Assembly: GCA_038521825.1 (NCBI GenBank)
Contig: JBCBKL010000011.1
Span: forward strand, 13,716 to 77,715
Source of the DNA: Pseudomonadota bacterium
Lineage (GTDB): Bacteria > Pseudomonadota > Alphaproteobacteria > Rhodobacterales > Rhodobacteraceae
DNA: 64,000 nucleotides
Reading direction: 5' to 3'
Of the stretch, positions 56,160 through 64,000 are shown piece by piece. Every line of letters starts with the position of its first letter. Position 1 is the first letter of the stretch. Made by a program: the position numbers and the translations under genes. The notes under the pieces are model-generated. The model did not search any database and was not told the DNA's origin. It worked only from the letters and a program-made list of their open reading frames with translations.

Positions 56160-57155
56160 ATGGCTGTAACGTCTCTGTCCGAAGCGCAGACGGTCACGCG
56201 GGCCTCATGGCTGTCGCGCAACAAGCTCGCCATCGCGCCGTGGTTGTTCCTGATCCCCGCTCTCATTTTCTTTTCGGTCTACGTTGTCATCCCGATCTTC
56301 CAGTCGCTATGGCTCAGCCTTTACGAATGGAATGGGCTTTATACAGCTGATGGTGAATCGACCGCCGTCTGGGTGGGCTTTGACAACTATGCCAAGCTTT
56401 GGGGCGACCCGAAATTCTGGACCTCGCTCAAGAACAACGTCATCTGGCTGATCCTCTATATGCTCGCCGTACCCGCTGGCCTGTTGATTGCGCTTTTCCT
56501 GAACCAGACCGTCACGGGAATGCGGTTTTATAAATCGATGTTCTTTTTCCCGTTTGTCATCAGTCAGGTCGTCGTGGGCCTGATCTTTGGCTGGTTCTAC
56601 AACCCGGATTTCGGTGTAATCGGCAGCATCTGGAAGGCCATCTATTGCGAAGAAACGGTGAACATCGTTGGTAATGTCAGCTTTAACTGTTCGCGCACAC
56701 CACCCGACATTCTATCGTCGCCCGAATACGCCACGTACGGCATAATCGCCGCCGGTCTGTGGCCGCAGATCGCATATTGCATGATCCTTTATCTCACGGG
56801 TCTCAACAACGTGGCCGCAGACCAGATCGAGGCGGCGCGGCTTGATGGGGCACGCGGTTGGCGGATGCTGTGGTATGTCGTGATCCCGCAACTGCGCCCC
56901 GCTACGTTCATCGCGGTTGTGGTGACAGTTATTGGGGCGCTGCGATCCTTCGACATGATCGCCATTATGACCCAGGGCGGGCCGTTCGGCAGCACCAACG
57001 TGCTGGCCTACTACATGTTCGAAACGGCGATTTCGGAATACGGCGACCGCTACGGATACGGGTCGGCCATCGCGACGGTCCTGTTCTTCATCATGTTGTT
57101 CTACATCAGCTATTTCCTCTGGCGGATGTACCAGGACGAAAGGGAGGGCCGCTGA
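56160..57155 (+). CDS. Carbohydrate ABC transporter permease (MalF-type)
   Basis: 331 aa. BPD_transp_1 EAA loop region IEAARLDGARGWRMLWYVVIPQL. Confidence 0.88.
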   Translation: MAVTSLSEAQTVTRASWLSRNKLAIAPWLFLIPALIFFSVYVVIPIFQSLWLSLYEWNGLYTADGESTAVWVGFDNYAKLWGDPKFWTSLKNNVIWLILYMLAVPAGLLIALFLNQTVTGMRFYKSMFFFPFVISQVVVGLIFGWFYNPDFGVIGSIWKAIYCEETVNIVGNVSFNCSRTPPDILSSPEYATYGIIAAGLWPQIAYCMILYLTGLNNVAADQIEAARLDGARGWRMLWYVVIPQLRPATFIAVVVTVIGALRSFDMIAIMTQGGPFGSTNVLAYYMFETAISEYGDRYGYGSAIATVLFFIMLFYISYFLWRMYQDEREGR

Positions 57156-57156
57156 G

Positions 57157-58005
57157 ATGTTTCCCCGTCCCATCGAAAAATCCGGGCCTGTTGCCCGCGT
57201 CAGCTATCAGGCCTTTCTGCCGGTTGCATTGTTGATCTGGCTGTTGCCGCTGATCGCAATCTTCCTCACGTCGATCCGGCCCGGGTCGGATATCAATGCG
57301 GGCAACGTTTTCGGCTGGCCGTCGTCATTCGAGCTTTTTGCGAATTATCAGGCCGTTTTCACCCAAAGCCAGGCGGCGATGTACCTGATGAATTCGGTTC
57401 TGATCACGGTGCCGACGGTGGCGATTTCGGTCGCATTGGCGTGTCTTGCGGGATACGCACTGGCGATCTACCGGTTTCGGGTGGCGCTGCCACTCTTTTT
57501 CCTGTTCGTCGCCGGGAACTTTGTGCCGTTCCAGATCCTCATGGTCCCTGTGCGGGATATGTCGGTGCAAACCGGGCTCTACGACACGATCCAGGGGCAG
57601 GTTCTGTTCCATTCCGCGTTTCAAACCGGGTTTTGTACGCTTTTCATGCGCAACTTCATCAAGGCGTTGCCCTTTGATCTGATCGAAAGCGCCCGGATCG
57701 AGGGCGTGGCCGAATGGAAGATCTTCTGGTATGTCGTTCTGCCCCTGGTGCGCCCGGCTGTCGCGGCACTGGCCGTGCTGATCTTTACCTTTGTATGGAA
57801 CGACTTCTTTTGGGCCAATGTCCTGACCCAAGGGGAGACAGCCAAGCCGATCACCGCCGGTGTGCGGGCGTTGAATGGGCAGTTCGTGAACAACTGGCAT
57901 CTGGTTTCGGCGGCGTCGCTGCTGGCGGCGGTCCCACCAGTTGCGATGTTCTTCCTGATGCAAAAGCACTTCATCACAGGCCTCACGCTTGGAGCTGTAA
58001 AATGA
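57157..58005 (+). CDS. Carbohydrate ABC transporter permease (MalG-type)
   Basis: 282 aa. EAA loop IESARIEGVAEWKIFWYVVLPLV. Confidence 0.88.
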   Translation: MFPRPIEKSGPVARVSYQAFLPVALLIWLLPLIAIFLTSIRPGSDINAGNVFGWPSSFELFANYQAVFTQSQAAMYLMNSVLITVPTVAISVALACLAGYALAIYRFRVALPLFFLFVAGNFVPFQILMVPVRDMSVQTGLYDTIQGQVLFHSAFQTGFCTLFMRNFIKALPFDLIESARIEGVAEWKIFWYVVLPLVRPAVAALAVLIFTFVWNDFFWANVLTQGETAKPITAGVRALNGQFVNNWHLVSAASLLAAVPPVAMFFLMQKHFITGLTLGAVK

Positions 58006-59336
58006 AAATTGCTTTCATCGGTGCGGGCAGCACGATCTTTATGAAGAACATCGTGGGTGATGCGCTGCATTTCCCTGCGCTGTCCGATGCGACATTCACC
58101 CTGATGGATATCGACGCAAAGCGGCTGGCTGAATCCGAGATCGTTGCGAAAAAGCTGGTCTCTGCGATGGAAGCGGGCGCACAGGTCAAGACGACAATGA
58201 TCCAGCGTGAGGCGGTGGATGGTGCCGACTTTGTCGTCGTCGCGTTTCAGATCGGGGGCTATCGCCCCTGCACGGTAACCGATTTCGAGATCCCCAAGCA
58301 GTATGGTCTGCGCCAAACCATTGCCGACACGCTGGGTATCGGTGGCATTATGCGTGGCCTCCGGACGGTGCCGCATCTCTGGCAGCTTGCTGCGGATATG
58401 GCGGAGCTGTGCCCCGATGCGCTGATGCTGCAATACGTGAACCCGATGGCCATAAATACCTGGGCCTTGGCCGAGCGTTATCCCCATGTCCGGCAGGTGG
58501 GTCTGTGCCATTCGGTGCAGAACACGGTCGAGGAATTGGCGCATGACCTCGAATTGCCGAAGGACCAGATCGACTACCGCGTGGCGGGTGTGAACCACGT
58601 CGCGTTCTTCCTCAAGCTCGAACATCTGGGCCGCTCGCTCTATCCCGATCTGCGGCGCGGTTATGCCGAAGGCCGTCTGCCCAAGCCACCGCTCCTGATG
58701 CCGCGCTGTGCAAACAAGGTGCGCTACGAGGTGATGGAGCATCTGGGATACTTCTGCACCGAAAGCTCGGAACATTTCGCCGAATATGTCCCGTGGTTCA
58801 TCAAGGATGGCCGGGATGATCTGATCGAGGCTTTCTCGATCCCGCTCGACGAATATCCGCAGCGCTGCGAAGAACAGATCGCCGACTGGGCGGCGCAGGC
58901 CGAGAGGTTCAGGGTCGGCGACATTGCCGTTGAAAAGAGTCATGAATTCGCTGCCGAGATCATGAATGCAATGGTCACGGACGCACCCTATACGATCTAC
59001 GGCAATCTGCCCAACCGGGGTCAGGCCCCGCAATTGCCCATGGGTGCCGCGGTCGAAGTGCCATGCCTTGTGGATCGTAATGGCGTGCAACCCTCGGTGG
59101 TTGATGACATTCCGCCCCAGCTGGTCGCCCTGATGCGCACTCAGATCAACGTACAGGAACTGGTGGTGCGTGCGCTGGTCGAGGAAAACATCGAACACAT
59201 CTATCACGCGGCCATGATGGACCCGCACACGGCGGCCGAGCTCGACCTGCGGCAAATCCGGTCGCTGGTCACCGATCTGCTGGCTGCACATGGCGACTGG
59301 GTCCCTGAATTCGCACGCGTGAGGAAGGCCGCATGA
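58002..59336 (+). CDS. Glycoside hydrolase family 4 alpha-galactosidase/alpha-glucosidase (NAD- and Mn-dependent)
   Basis: Track ORF is 57714-59336. ATG 58002 (ATGA overlap with the permease gene) gives MKIAFIGAGSTIFMKNIVGD. GH4 motifs QYVNPMA and GLCHSVQ. Confidence 0.88.
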   Translation: MKIAFIGAGSTIFMKNIVGDALHFPALSDATFTLMDIDAKRLAESEIVAKKLVSAMEAGAQVKTTMIQREAVDGADFVVVAFQIGGYRPCTVTDFEIPKQYGLRQTIADTLGIGGIMRGLRTVPHLWQLAADMAELCPDALMLQYVNPMAINTWALAERYPHVRQVGLCHSVQNTVEELAHDLELPKDQIDYRVAGVNHVAFFLKLEHLGRSLYPDLRRGYAEGRLPKPPLLMPRCANKVRYEVMEHLGYFCTESSEHFAEYVPWFIKDGRDDLIEAFSIPLDEYPQRCEEQIADWAAQAERFRVGDIAVEKSHEFAAEIMNAMVTDAPYTIYGNLPNRGQAPQLPMGAAVEVPCLVDRNGVQPSVVDDIPPQLVALMRTQINVQELVVRALVEENIEHIYHAAMMDPHTAAELDLRQIRSLVTDLLAAHGDWVPEFARVRKAA

Positions 59337-60103
59337 GCGAATTCGTCACGTTCCACGATCTCAAGGACACGTCCGTCTTTATCACAGGCGGCGGCGCGGG
59401 GATCGGTGCATCACTGACCGAGGGGTTCATCGAGCAAGGCGCAAAAGTCGCCTTTGTCCAGCGGTCCGATGCAACGGCCTTCTGCGACGAAATGGCGGAA
59501 AAGCACGGAAGCAAGCCGCTGTTCATGCCATGCGACATAACCGATATCGGCGCACTCACGGCCGCGATGACGCAAGCGGAAGAGGCGCATGGTCCAATCA
59601 CACGGCTGGTGAACAACGCGGCCAATGACACCCGCCACAAGACCCTGGATTACAGCGTCGAAGACTGGGACAGGGGGCAAGCAATCAACCTGCGCCCGCA
59701 TTTCTTTACCGCGCAGGCCGCAGCACCCGGCATGAAGGCCGCAGGGTATGGGGCCATCGTAAACTTTTCGTCCATCAGCTACATGATGGGCAATGCCGGA
59801 TACCCCGGCTATGTCGCGGCCAAGGCCGGGATCACGGGGCTGACACGAGGCCTTGCGCGGGAACTCGGAGCGGACGGGATCCGCGTCAACGCGCTGATGC
59901 CGGGCTGGGTGCTGACACAGCGGCAGATGGATCTGTGGGCCACACCAGAGGATCTGGCGGCCCATCTCGACCGCCAGTGCCTCAAGGAGCATCTGGCTCC
60001 CCGTGACATTATCGATGCGACGCTATTTCTGTCGTCAGAGGCCAGCCGGATGATGACCGGGCAGGCCCTGGTCGTGGACGGAGGCGTAGTGGTTTCAGGA
60101 TGA
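59333..60103 (+). CDS. SDR family oxidoreductase (probable sugar 1-dehydrogenase of the De Ley-Doudoroff route)
   Basis: VFITGGGAGIGAS cofactor motif and YVAAKAG catalytic motif. ATGA overlaps on both sides. Confidence 0.85.
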   Translation: MSEFVTFHDLKDTSVFITGGGAGIGASLTEGFIEQGAKVAFVQRSDATAFCDEMAEKHGSKPLFMPCDITDIGALTAAMTQAEEAHGPITRLVNNAANDTRHKTLDYSVEDWDRGQAINLRPHFFTAQAAAPGMKAAGYGAIVNFSSISYMMGNAGYPGYVAAKAGITGLTRGLARELGADGIRVNALMPGWVLTQRQMDLWATPEDLAAHLDRQCLKEHLAPRDIIDATLFLSSEASRMMTGQALVVDGGVVVSG

Positions 60104-60969
60104 CCCAGCCGGACTGGATCGCTGTCGACTGGGGAACATCTCATCTGCGGGTTTGGGAGATGAGCGCCGATGACGTGGTCCTTGATCGCCACGAGTCAGA
60201 GGACGGAATGAGCAAGCTGCGGCCCGAGGAATTCGCGCCCGCTCTGTACAAGCTCATAGGCAACGGATCCTGGCCAGTGATCGCCTGTGGCATGGTCGGC
60301 TCGCGGCAGGGTTGGGCCGAAGCACCTTATGTTTCCCTGCCATGCGCGCCGCCCGGCTTAGAGCAAGCGACGTACATTGATGGCGTGCATATCCTGCCCG
60401 GTCTGCGCCAAGATCAGCCGCCCGAGGTTATGAGGGGCGAGGAGACGCAGATTGCCGGTTTTCTTTCCCGAAATGGGGATTTTGACGGCGTTATCTGCCT
60501 GCCCGGCACCCACACGAAGTGGGCGCACATAAGCGCGGGCGAGATCGTGAGTTTCCGCACCGCAATGACGGGCGAGTTGTTCGCGCTGCTCTCCGAACAA
60601 TCCGTGCTGCGTCATTCGTTGAGCGAAGGCTGGGATGACGAAGCGTTTCAAGGCGCCCTGGCCGAGACGATGTCGCGGCCCGAAGCCCTCGCGGCTGCGT
60701 TGTTTGGCATCCGGGCCGACGGTCTGCTGCATGGAACCGCTCCGACAACAGCTTATGCGCGCCTCTCTGGTCTTCTTATCGGAGCCGAGCTTGCCGCGAC
60801 GCGTCCCTATTGGCTGGGCCAGCATGTGGCGGTGATCGGGGCGCGCCGGGTCGCCGGCGCATACAAACAGGCGCTGGAGCTTCAGGCCGTTCCGGTCACG
60901 CTGGCGGATGGAGACGAGATGACACTTCTTGGCCTCTGCGCGGCCCACAAGGCGTTGGAGGGAGCATGA
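60100..60969 (+). CDS. dgoK: 2-dehydro-3-deoxygalactonokinase
   Basis: [21 protein letters not shown].. is a typical DgoK N-terminus. 289 aa. Confidence 0.85.
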   Translation: MTQPDWIAVDWGTSHLRVWEMSADDVVLDRHESEDGMSKLRPEEFAPALYKLIGNGSWPVIACGMVGSRQGWAEAPYVSLPCAPPGLEQATYIDGVHILPGLRQDQPPEVMRGEETQIAGFLSRNGDFDGVICLPGTHTKWAHISAGEIVSFRTAMTGELFALLSEQSVLRHSLSEGWDDEAFQGALAETMSRPEALAAALFGIRADGLLHGTAPTTAYARLSGLLIGAELAATRPYWLGQHVAVIGARRVAGAYKQALELQAVPVTLADGDEMTLLGLCAAHKALEGA

Positions 60970-61574
60970 GCCGCGAGATCATCGCCATTCTGCGCGGGAT
61001 CACCCCAGGCGAAGCTGTGCCGGTTTGCGAAGCCTTGATCGGCGCCGGTATCGACAAGATCGAGGTGCCGCTCAACTCGCCCGATCCCTTCAACAGCATT
61101 GCCGCGATTGTTGAGGCCTGTGGCGACCGCGCGCTCATCGGAGCTGGCACCGTTTTGACCGTTGCGGACGTGGAAGAGCTGGCCCGCATCGGTGCCCGCA
61201 TGATCGTATCACCAGATTGCAACGGTGCCGTGATTGCCGCGACGAAAGGGGCCGGGCTTGCCTCCTATCCCGGTGTTTACACGCCCAGCGAATGCTTTGC
61301 GGCGCTTGGGTTTGGGGCGGATGCGCTCAAGATGTTTCCGGCCGAGCTGATGGGTCCCAAGGGGCTCAAGGCGATCAAGGCGGTCCTGCCCAAAGCGGTC
61401 AAGACCTACGCCGTTGGTGGGGCCGCACCCGAGAACTTTGCCGACTGGTTTGCCGTTGGCGCCACTGGGTTCGGCATCGGTTCGGCCCTTTACAGACCCG
61501 GACTGTTGGCAGATGAGGTCGGGCGCCGCGGGGCCGTAATCGCTGCTGCCTATGATGCTGCCCTGGAGGGCTGA
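60966..61574 (+). CDS. dgoA: 2-dehydro-3-deoxy-6-phosphogalactonate aldolase
   Basis: Track ORF is 60810-61574. ATG 60966 (ATGA overlap) gives [39 protein letters not shown], a KDPG/KDPGal aldolase pattern. Confidence 0.85.
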   Translation: MSREIIAILRGITPGEAVPVCEALIGAGIDKIEVPLNSPDPFNSIAAIVEACGDRALIGAGTVLTVADVEELARIGARMIVSPDCNGAVIAATKGAGLASYPGVYTPSECFAALGFGADALKMFPAELMGPKGLKAIKAVLPKAVKTYAVGGAAPENFADWFAVGATGFGIGSALYRPGLLADEVGRRGAVIAAAYDAALEG

Positions 61575-62398
61575 TGCAGGTTTTTGACGACAGGATCTGT
61601 GCACTCGGCGAGGGGCCACTTTGGCACCCGAAACGGCAAGAGCTACTCTGGTTTGATATCCTCGGCAAGCGATTGCTTTCGAAGTCGCAGGTTTGGGCAT
61701 TCGATGAATATGTCAGCGCAGCAGGATGGGTCGATGACGACACGCTGGTGATGGCATCAGAGACCGCGCTTTGGCGTTTCGACATCCGTTTGGGCGAACG
61801 CGAGCGGTTGGTGCCGCTTGAGGCCGACAACCCCGCAACGCGCTCCAACGATGGCCGGGCGGACCCTTCTGGCGGGTTCTGGATCGGGACGATGGGCAGG
61901 GCGGCCGAACCGCGGGCCGGGGCGATCTATCGGTACTATCGCGGTGAGTTGCGCCAGCTTTTTTCGGATATCACGGTTAGTAATGCGATCTGCTTCTCGC
62001 CCGATGGAGCCTATGCATACTTTGCCGATACGTGGACGCGACGCGTGATGCGCCAGGCGCTAGATGCCGAGGGCTGGCCAAAAGGCGAGGCCGACGAGTT
62101 CCTCGATCTGCGCAGTGAGGGGCTGAACCCCGACGGCGCCGTAGTTGATGCCGAGGGTCGGGTCTGGAACGCTCAATGGGGCGCGTCGCGCGTTGCATGC
62201 TATGGACCCGATGGCACCTATTTGCGGTCGGTCGAAGTTCCGGCAACGCAGGCGTCTTGCCCGGCCTTTGGTGGTCCGGATCTGACGACCCTGTTCGTTA
62301 CCAGCGCAGCCGATGGTGTGGACGAAGGGCAGGGTGGCATGACGTTCTCCATCGACCTCGACGTTGAGGGCCAAGCCGAACATCGGGTGGTCCTGTGA
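61574..62398 (+). CDS. SMP-30/gluconolactonase/LRE family lactonase (probable galactonolactonase)
   Basis: 274 aa. LGEGPLWHP...NDGRADPSGGFWIGTM...PDGAVVDAEGRVWNAQWG, a six-bladed propeller lactonase pattern. Confidence 0.85.
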   Translation: MQVFDDRICALGEGPLWHPKRQELLWFDILGKRLLSKSQVWAFDEYVSAAGWVDDDTLVMASETALWRFDIRLGERERLVPLEADNPATRSNDGRADPSGGFWIGTMGRAAEPRAGAIYRYYRGELRQLFSDITVSNAICFSPDGAYAYFADTWTRRVMRQALDAEGWPKGEADEFLDLRSEGLNPDGAVVDAEGRVWNAQWGASRVACYGPDGTYLRSVEVPATQASCPAFGGPDLTTLFVTSAADGVDEGQGGMTFSIDLDVEGQAEHRVVL

Positions 62399-64000
62399 AG
62401 CGCACGCTCGGCGTTTGCTATTACCCGGAACACTGGCCGGAAGAAATCTGGGCCGATGACGCGCGGCGGATGGCTGATCTGGGCCTGACCTGGGTCCGCA
62501 TCGGTGAATTTGCGTGGAAACGCATGGAGCCGACCGAGGGGCAGTTTGACTGGGGATGGCTTGACGGGGCAATCGAGGTTCTGGGTGAGGCGGGGCTGAA
62601 GGTCGTTCTTGGTACGCCGACCGGGACGCCGCCCCGATGGGTCGTAGACAAACACCCGGATATGATCGCTCTCGATGTCGAGGGACGGCCGCGCGGCTTT
62701 GGCTCGCGGCGCCACTACTGCTTCAGCCACTCCGGATACCTGGACGAATGCCGCCGCATCGTCGAGGCGGTCGCACAGCGCTATGGACCCAACCCGCACG
62801 TTGCCGCGTGGCAGACCGACAATGAATATGGTTGCCATGACACGATCCTCAGCTATTCCGATGCCGCACGGCAGGCCTTTCGGCATTGGCTGCAGGACCG
62901 GTACGGCGACATCGGCGCCCTGAACGACGCTTGGGGCAACGTCTTTTGGTCGATGGATTATGACGATTTTGGCCAAGTCGATTTACCCAACCTAACAGTG
63001 ACCGAGCCGAACCCGGCCCATGTGCTGGCCTTTCGCCGGTTTTCGTCAGATCAGGTCGTGGCCTTCAATACCGCGCAGGTCGAAATCATCCGACGGCATT
63101 CCCAAGCGCCAATTTCCCACAACTACATGGGCCGGGTAACCGAGTTCGATCATTTCAAGGTGGGGTCCGATCTCGATTTCGCGACTTGGGACAGCTATCC
63201 ACTCGGGTTTCTTGAGGACCGGGTTGGCGCGTCGGACACCCATCAACGTGCCTATGCGCAGCAGGGGGATCCGGATTTCCAAGCGTTTCATCACGACCTC
63301 TATCGTGCCGTCGGCCGTGAGCGCTGGTGGGTCATGGAGCAGCAGCCGGGGCCGGTGAACTGGGCGCCGCACAACCCCGCGCCGTTGCCCGGCATGGTCC
63401 GGCTGTGGACATGGGAGGCTTTCGCCCATGGTGCCGAGGCGGTGTGCTATTTCCGCTGGCGGCAGGCGCCTTTTGCCCAAGAGCAATTGCATGCGGGCCT
63501 GCTGCGTCCCGACCATTCTGAGGCCAAGGCCTTTGAAGAGGCGCGCGCTGTCAATGCCGAGCTGGCCGATGCGCCCGCTGTTGCGCCCGTGCAGGCGCCG
63601 GTTGCGCTGATCTTTGACTACGATGCCGATGCCGCATGGTCGGTGCAGCCCCATGGGGAAGGCAACAGCTACTTCGGGCTGGTTTTTGACGTCTATCGGG
63701 CCTTGCGTTCGCTGGGACTTTCGATCGACATCATCCCCGCAACCACACGGGATTTCGGTGGATACGATCTGATCATGGTCCCGGGCCTGATGCATATGCC
63801 GGAAGACCTGAAGACGGCGCTGATGGGAGCACAGGGCCAGGTCGTGCTGGGTCCCCGCAGCGCCGCGCGCGACGGCGAATTCAATATCCCCGTGCCTTTG
63901 CCGCCGGCTCTGCCCGGTTCCGATCTGGCCGTCTCGCGGGTCGAGAGCATCAGAGCCGACATGCCCCGCGCGCTGGAGGGCGGCGGCCAGATCGAGCGCT
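62395..64000 (+). CDS. Glycoside hydrolase family 42 beta-galactosidase; runs off the window
   Basis: Not in the track (open at the window edge). GTG 62395 (GTGA overlap with the lactonase stop). My translation reads VKRTLGVCYYPEHWPEEIWADDARRMADLGLTWVRIGEFAWKRMEPTEGQFDW...WQTDNEYGCHD, the GH42 signature. Confidence 0.85.
   Translation, partial: MKRTLGVCYYPEHWPEEIWADDARRMADLGLTWVRIGEFAWKRMEPTEGQFDWGWLDGAIEVLGEAGLKVVLGTPTGTPPRWVVDKHPDMIALDVEGRPRGFGSRRHYCFSHSGYLDECRRIVEAVAQRYGPNPHVAAWQTDNEYGCHDTILSYSDAARQAFRHWLQDRYGDIGALNDAWGNVFWSMDYDDFGQVDLPNLTVTEPNPAHVLAFRRFSSDQVVAFNTAQVEIIRRHSQAPISHNYMGRVTEFDHFKVGSDLDFATWDSYPLGFLEDRVGASDTHQRAYAQQGDPDFQAFHHDLYRAVGRERWWVMEQQPGPVNWAPHNPAPLPGMVRLWTWEAFAHGAEAVCYFRWRQAPFAQEQLHAGLLRPDHSEAKAFEEARAVNAELADAPAVAPVQAPVALIFDYDADAAWSVQPHGEGNSYFGLVFDVYRALRSLGLSIDIIPATTRDFGGYDLIMVPGLMHMPEDLKTALMGAQGQVVLGPRSAARDGEFNIPVPLPPALPGSDLAVSRVESIRADMPRALEGGGQIER

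Noticed and set aside
57621-59291. 556-aa minus-strand ORF
   Set aside because: Antisense to the permease and GH4 genes. His/Arg/Asp-rich. A shadow ORF.
1-64000. Search for rRNA, tRNA and CRISPR arrays
   Set aside because: I found no T-loop-like GGTTCGAATCC-type segments in non-coding DNA, no rRNA-like conserved stretches, and no regularly spaced direct repeats. Coding density leaves no room for an array. This was a visual scan only and should be confirmed with tRNAscan-SE, Infernal and a CRISPR finder.

Overview
Densely coding chromosomal segment of about 60 % GC (hand-counted on sample lines). It looks alphaproteobacterial, probably Rhodobacterales/roseobacter-like; this is an inference from gene content (Hint-domain protein, DUF1178, aspartate kinase-ptsP synteny, frequent ATGA/GTGA gene overlaps). 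I can support 61 protein-coding features and saw no rRNA, tRNA or CRISPR. Layout: (1) 1-9956: myo-inositol catabolism and uptake (iolD, two Gfo/Idh/MocA dehydrogenases, IolE-like TIM barrel, LacI-type regulator, ABC importer, iolB), with a palindromic operator present twice. (2) 9974-13344: NIPSNAP, ArsR-type regulator, MBL hydrolase, FAD oxidase. (3) 13363-25904: acyl-CoA/beta-oxidation block (acyl-CoA synthetase, FadB/FadJ-type enzyme, thiolase, GST, two acyl-CoA dehydrogenases, MerR regulator), interrupted by a sulfotransferase, a Hint-domain protein and several unknown ORFs. (4) 26197-29510: unknown secreted two-repeat protein, plus a protealysin-like M4 protease with an emfourin-type inhibitor gene. 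(5) SulP transporter, flavin reductase, GNAT, EcsC-like and DUF6544-like proteins. (6) modABC. (7) NUDIX, DUF1178, SDR, aspartate kinase, USP (perfect FNR-type box), ptsP. (8) TPR protein plus ECF sigma/anti-sigma pair. (9) 45.2-52.8 kb: lower-GC block with gltS, an RND efflux pair, a K+ channel gene broken by an in-frame TAA, and a decaying short tyrosine recombinase. (10) 52.8-64 kb: galactoside uptake (IclR, ABC), GH4 alpha-galactosidase, De Ley-Doudoroff genes and a GH42 beta-galactosidase that runs off the window. I found no convincing novel defence-type multi-gene system. The best candidates for undescribed biology are: two unknown translationally coupled ORFs wedged between thiolase and FadJ; the 625-aa secreted repeat protein; the degenerate Hint protein; a four-arm structured intergenic region; and the decaying island edge. 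All family assignments come from motif recognition by eye, not database searches.
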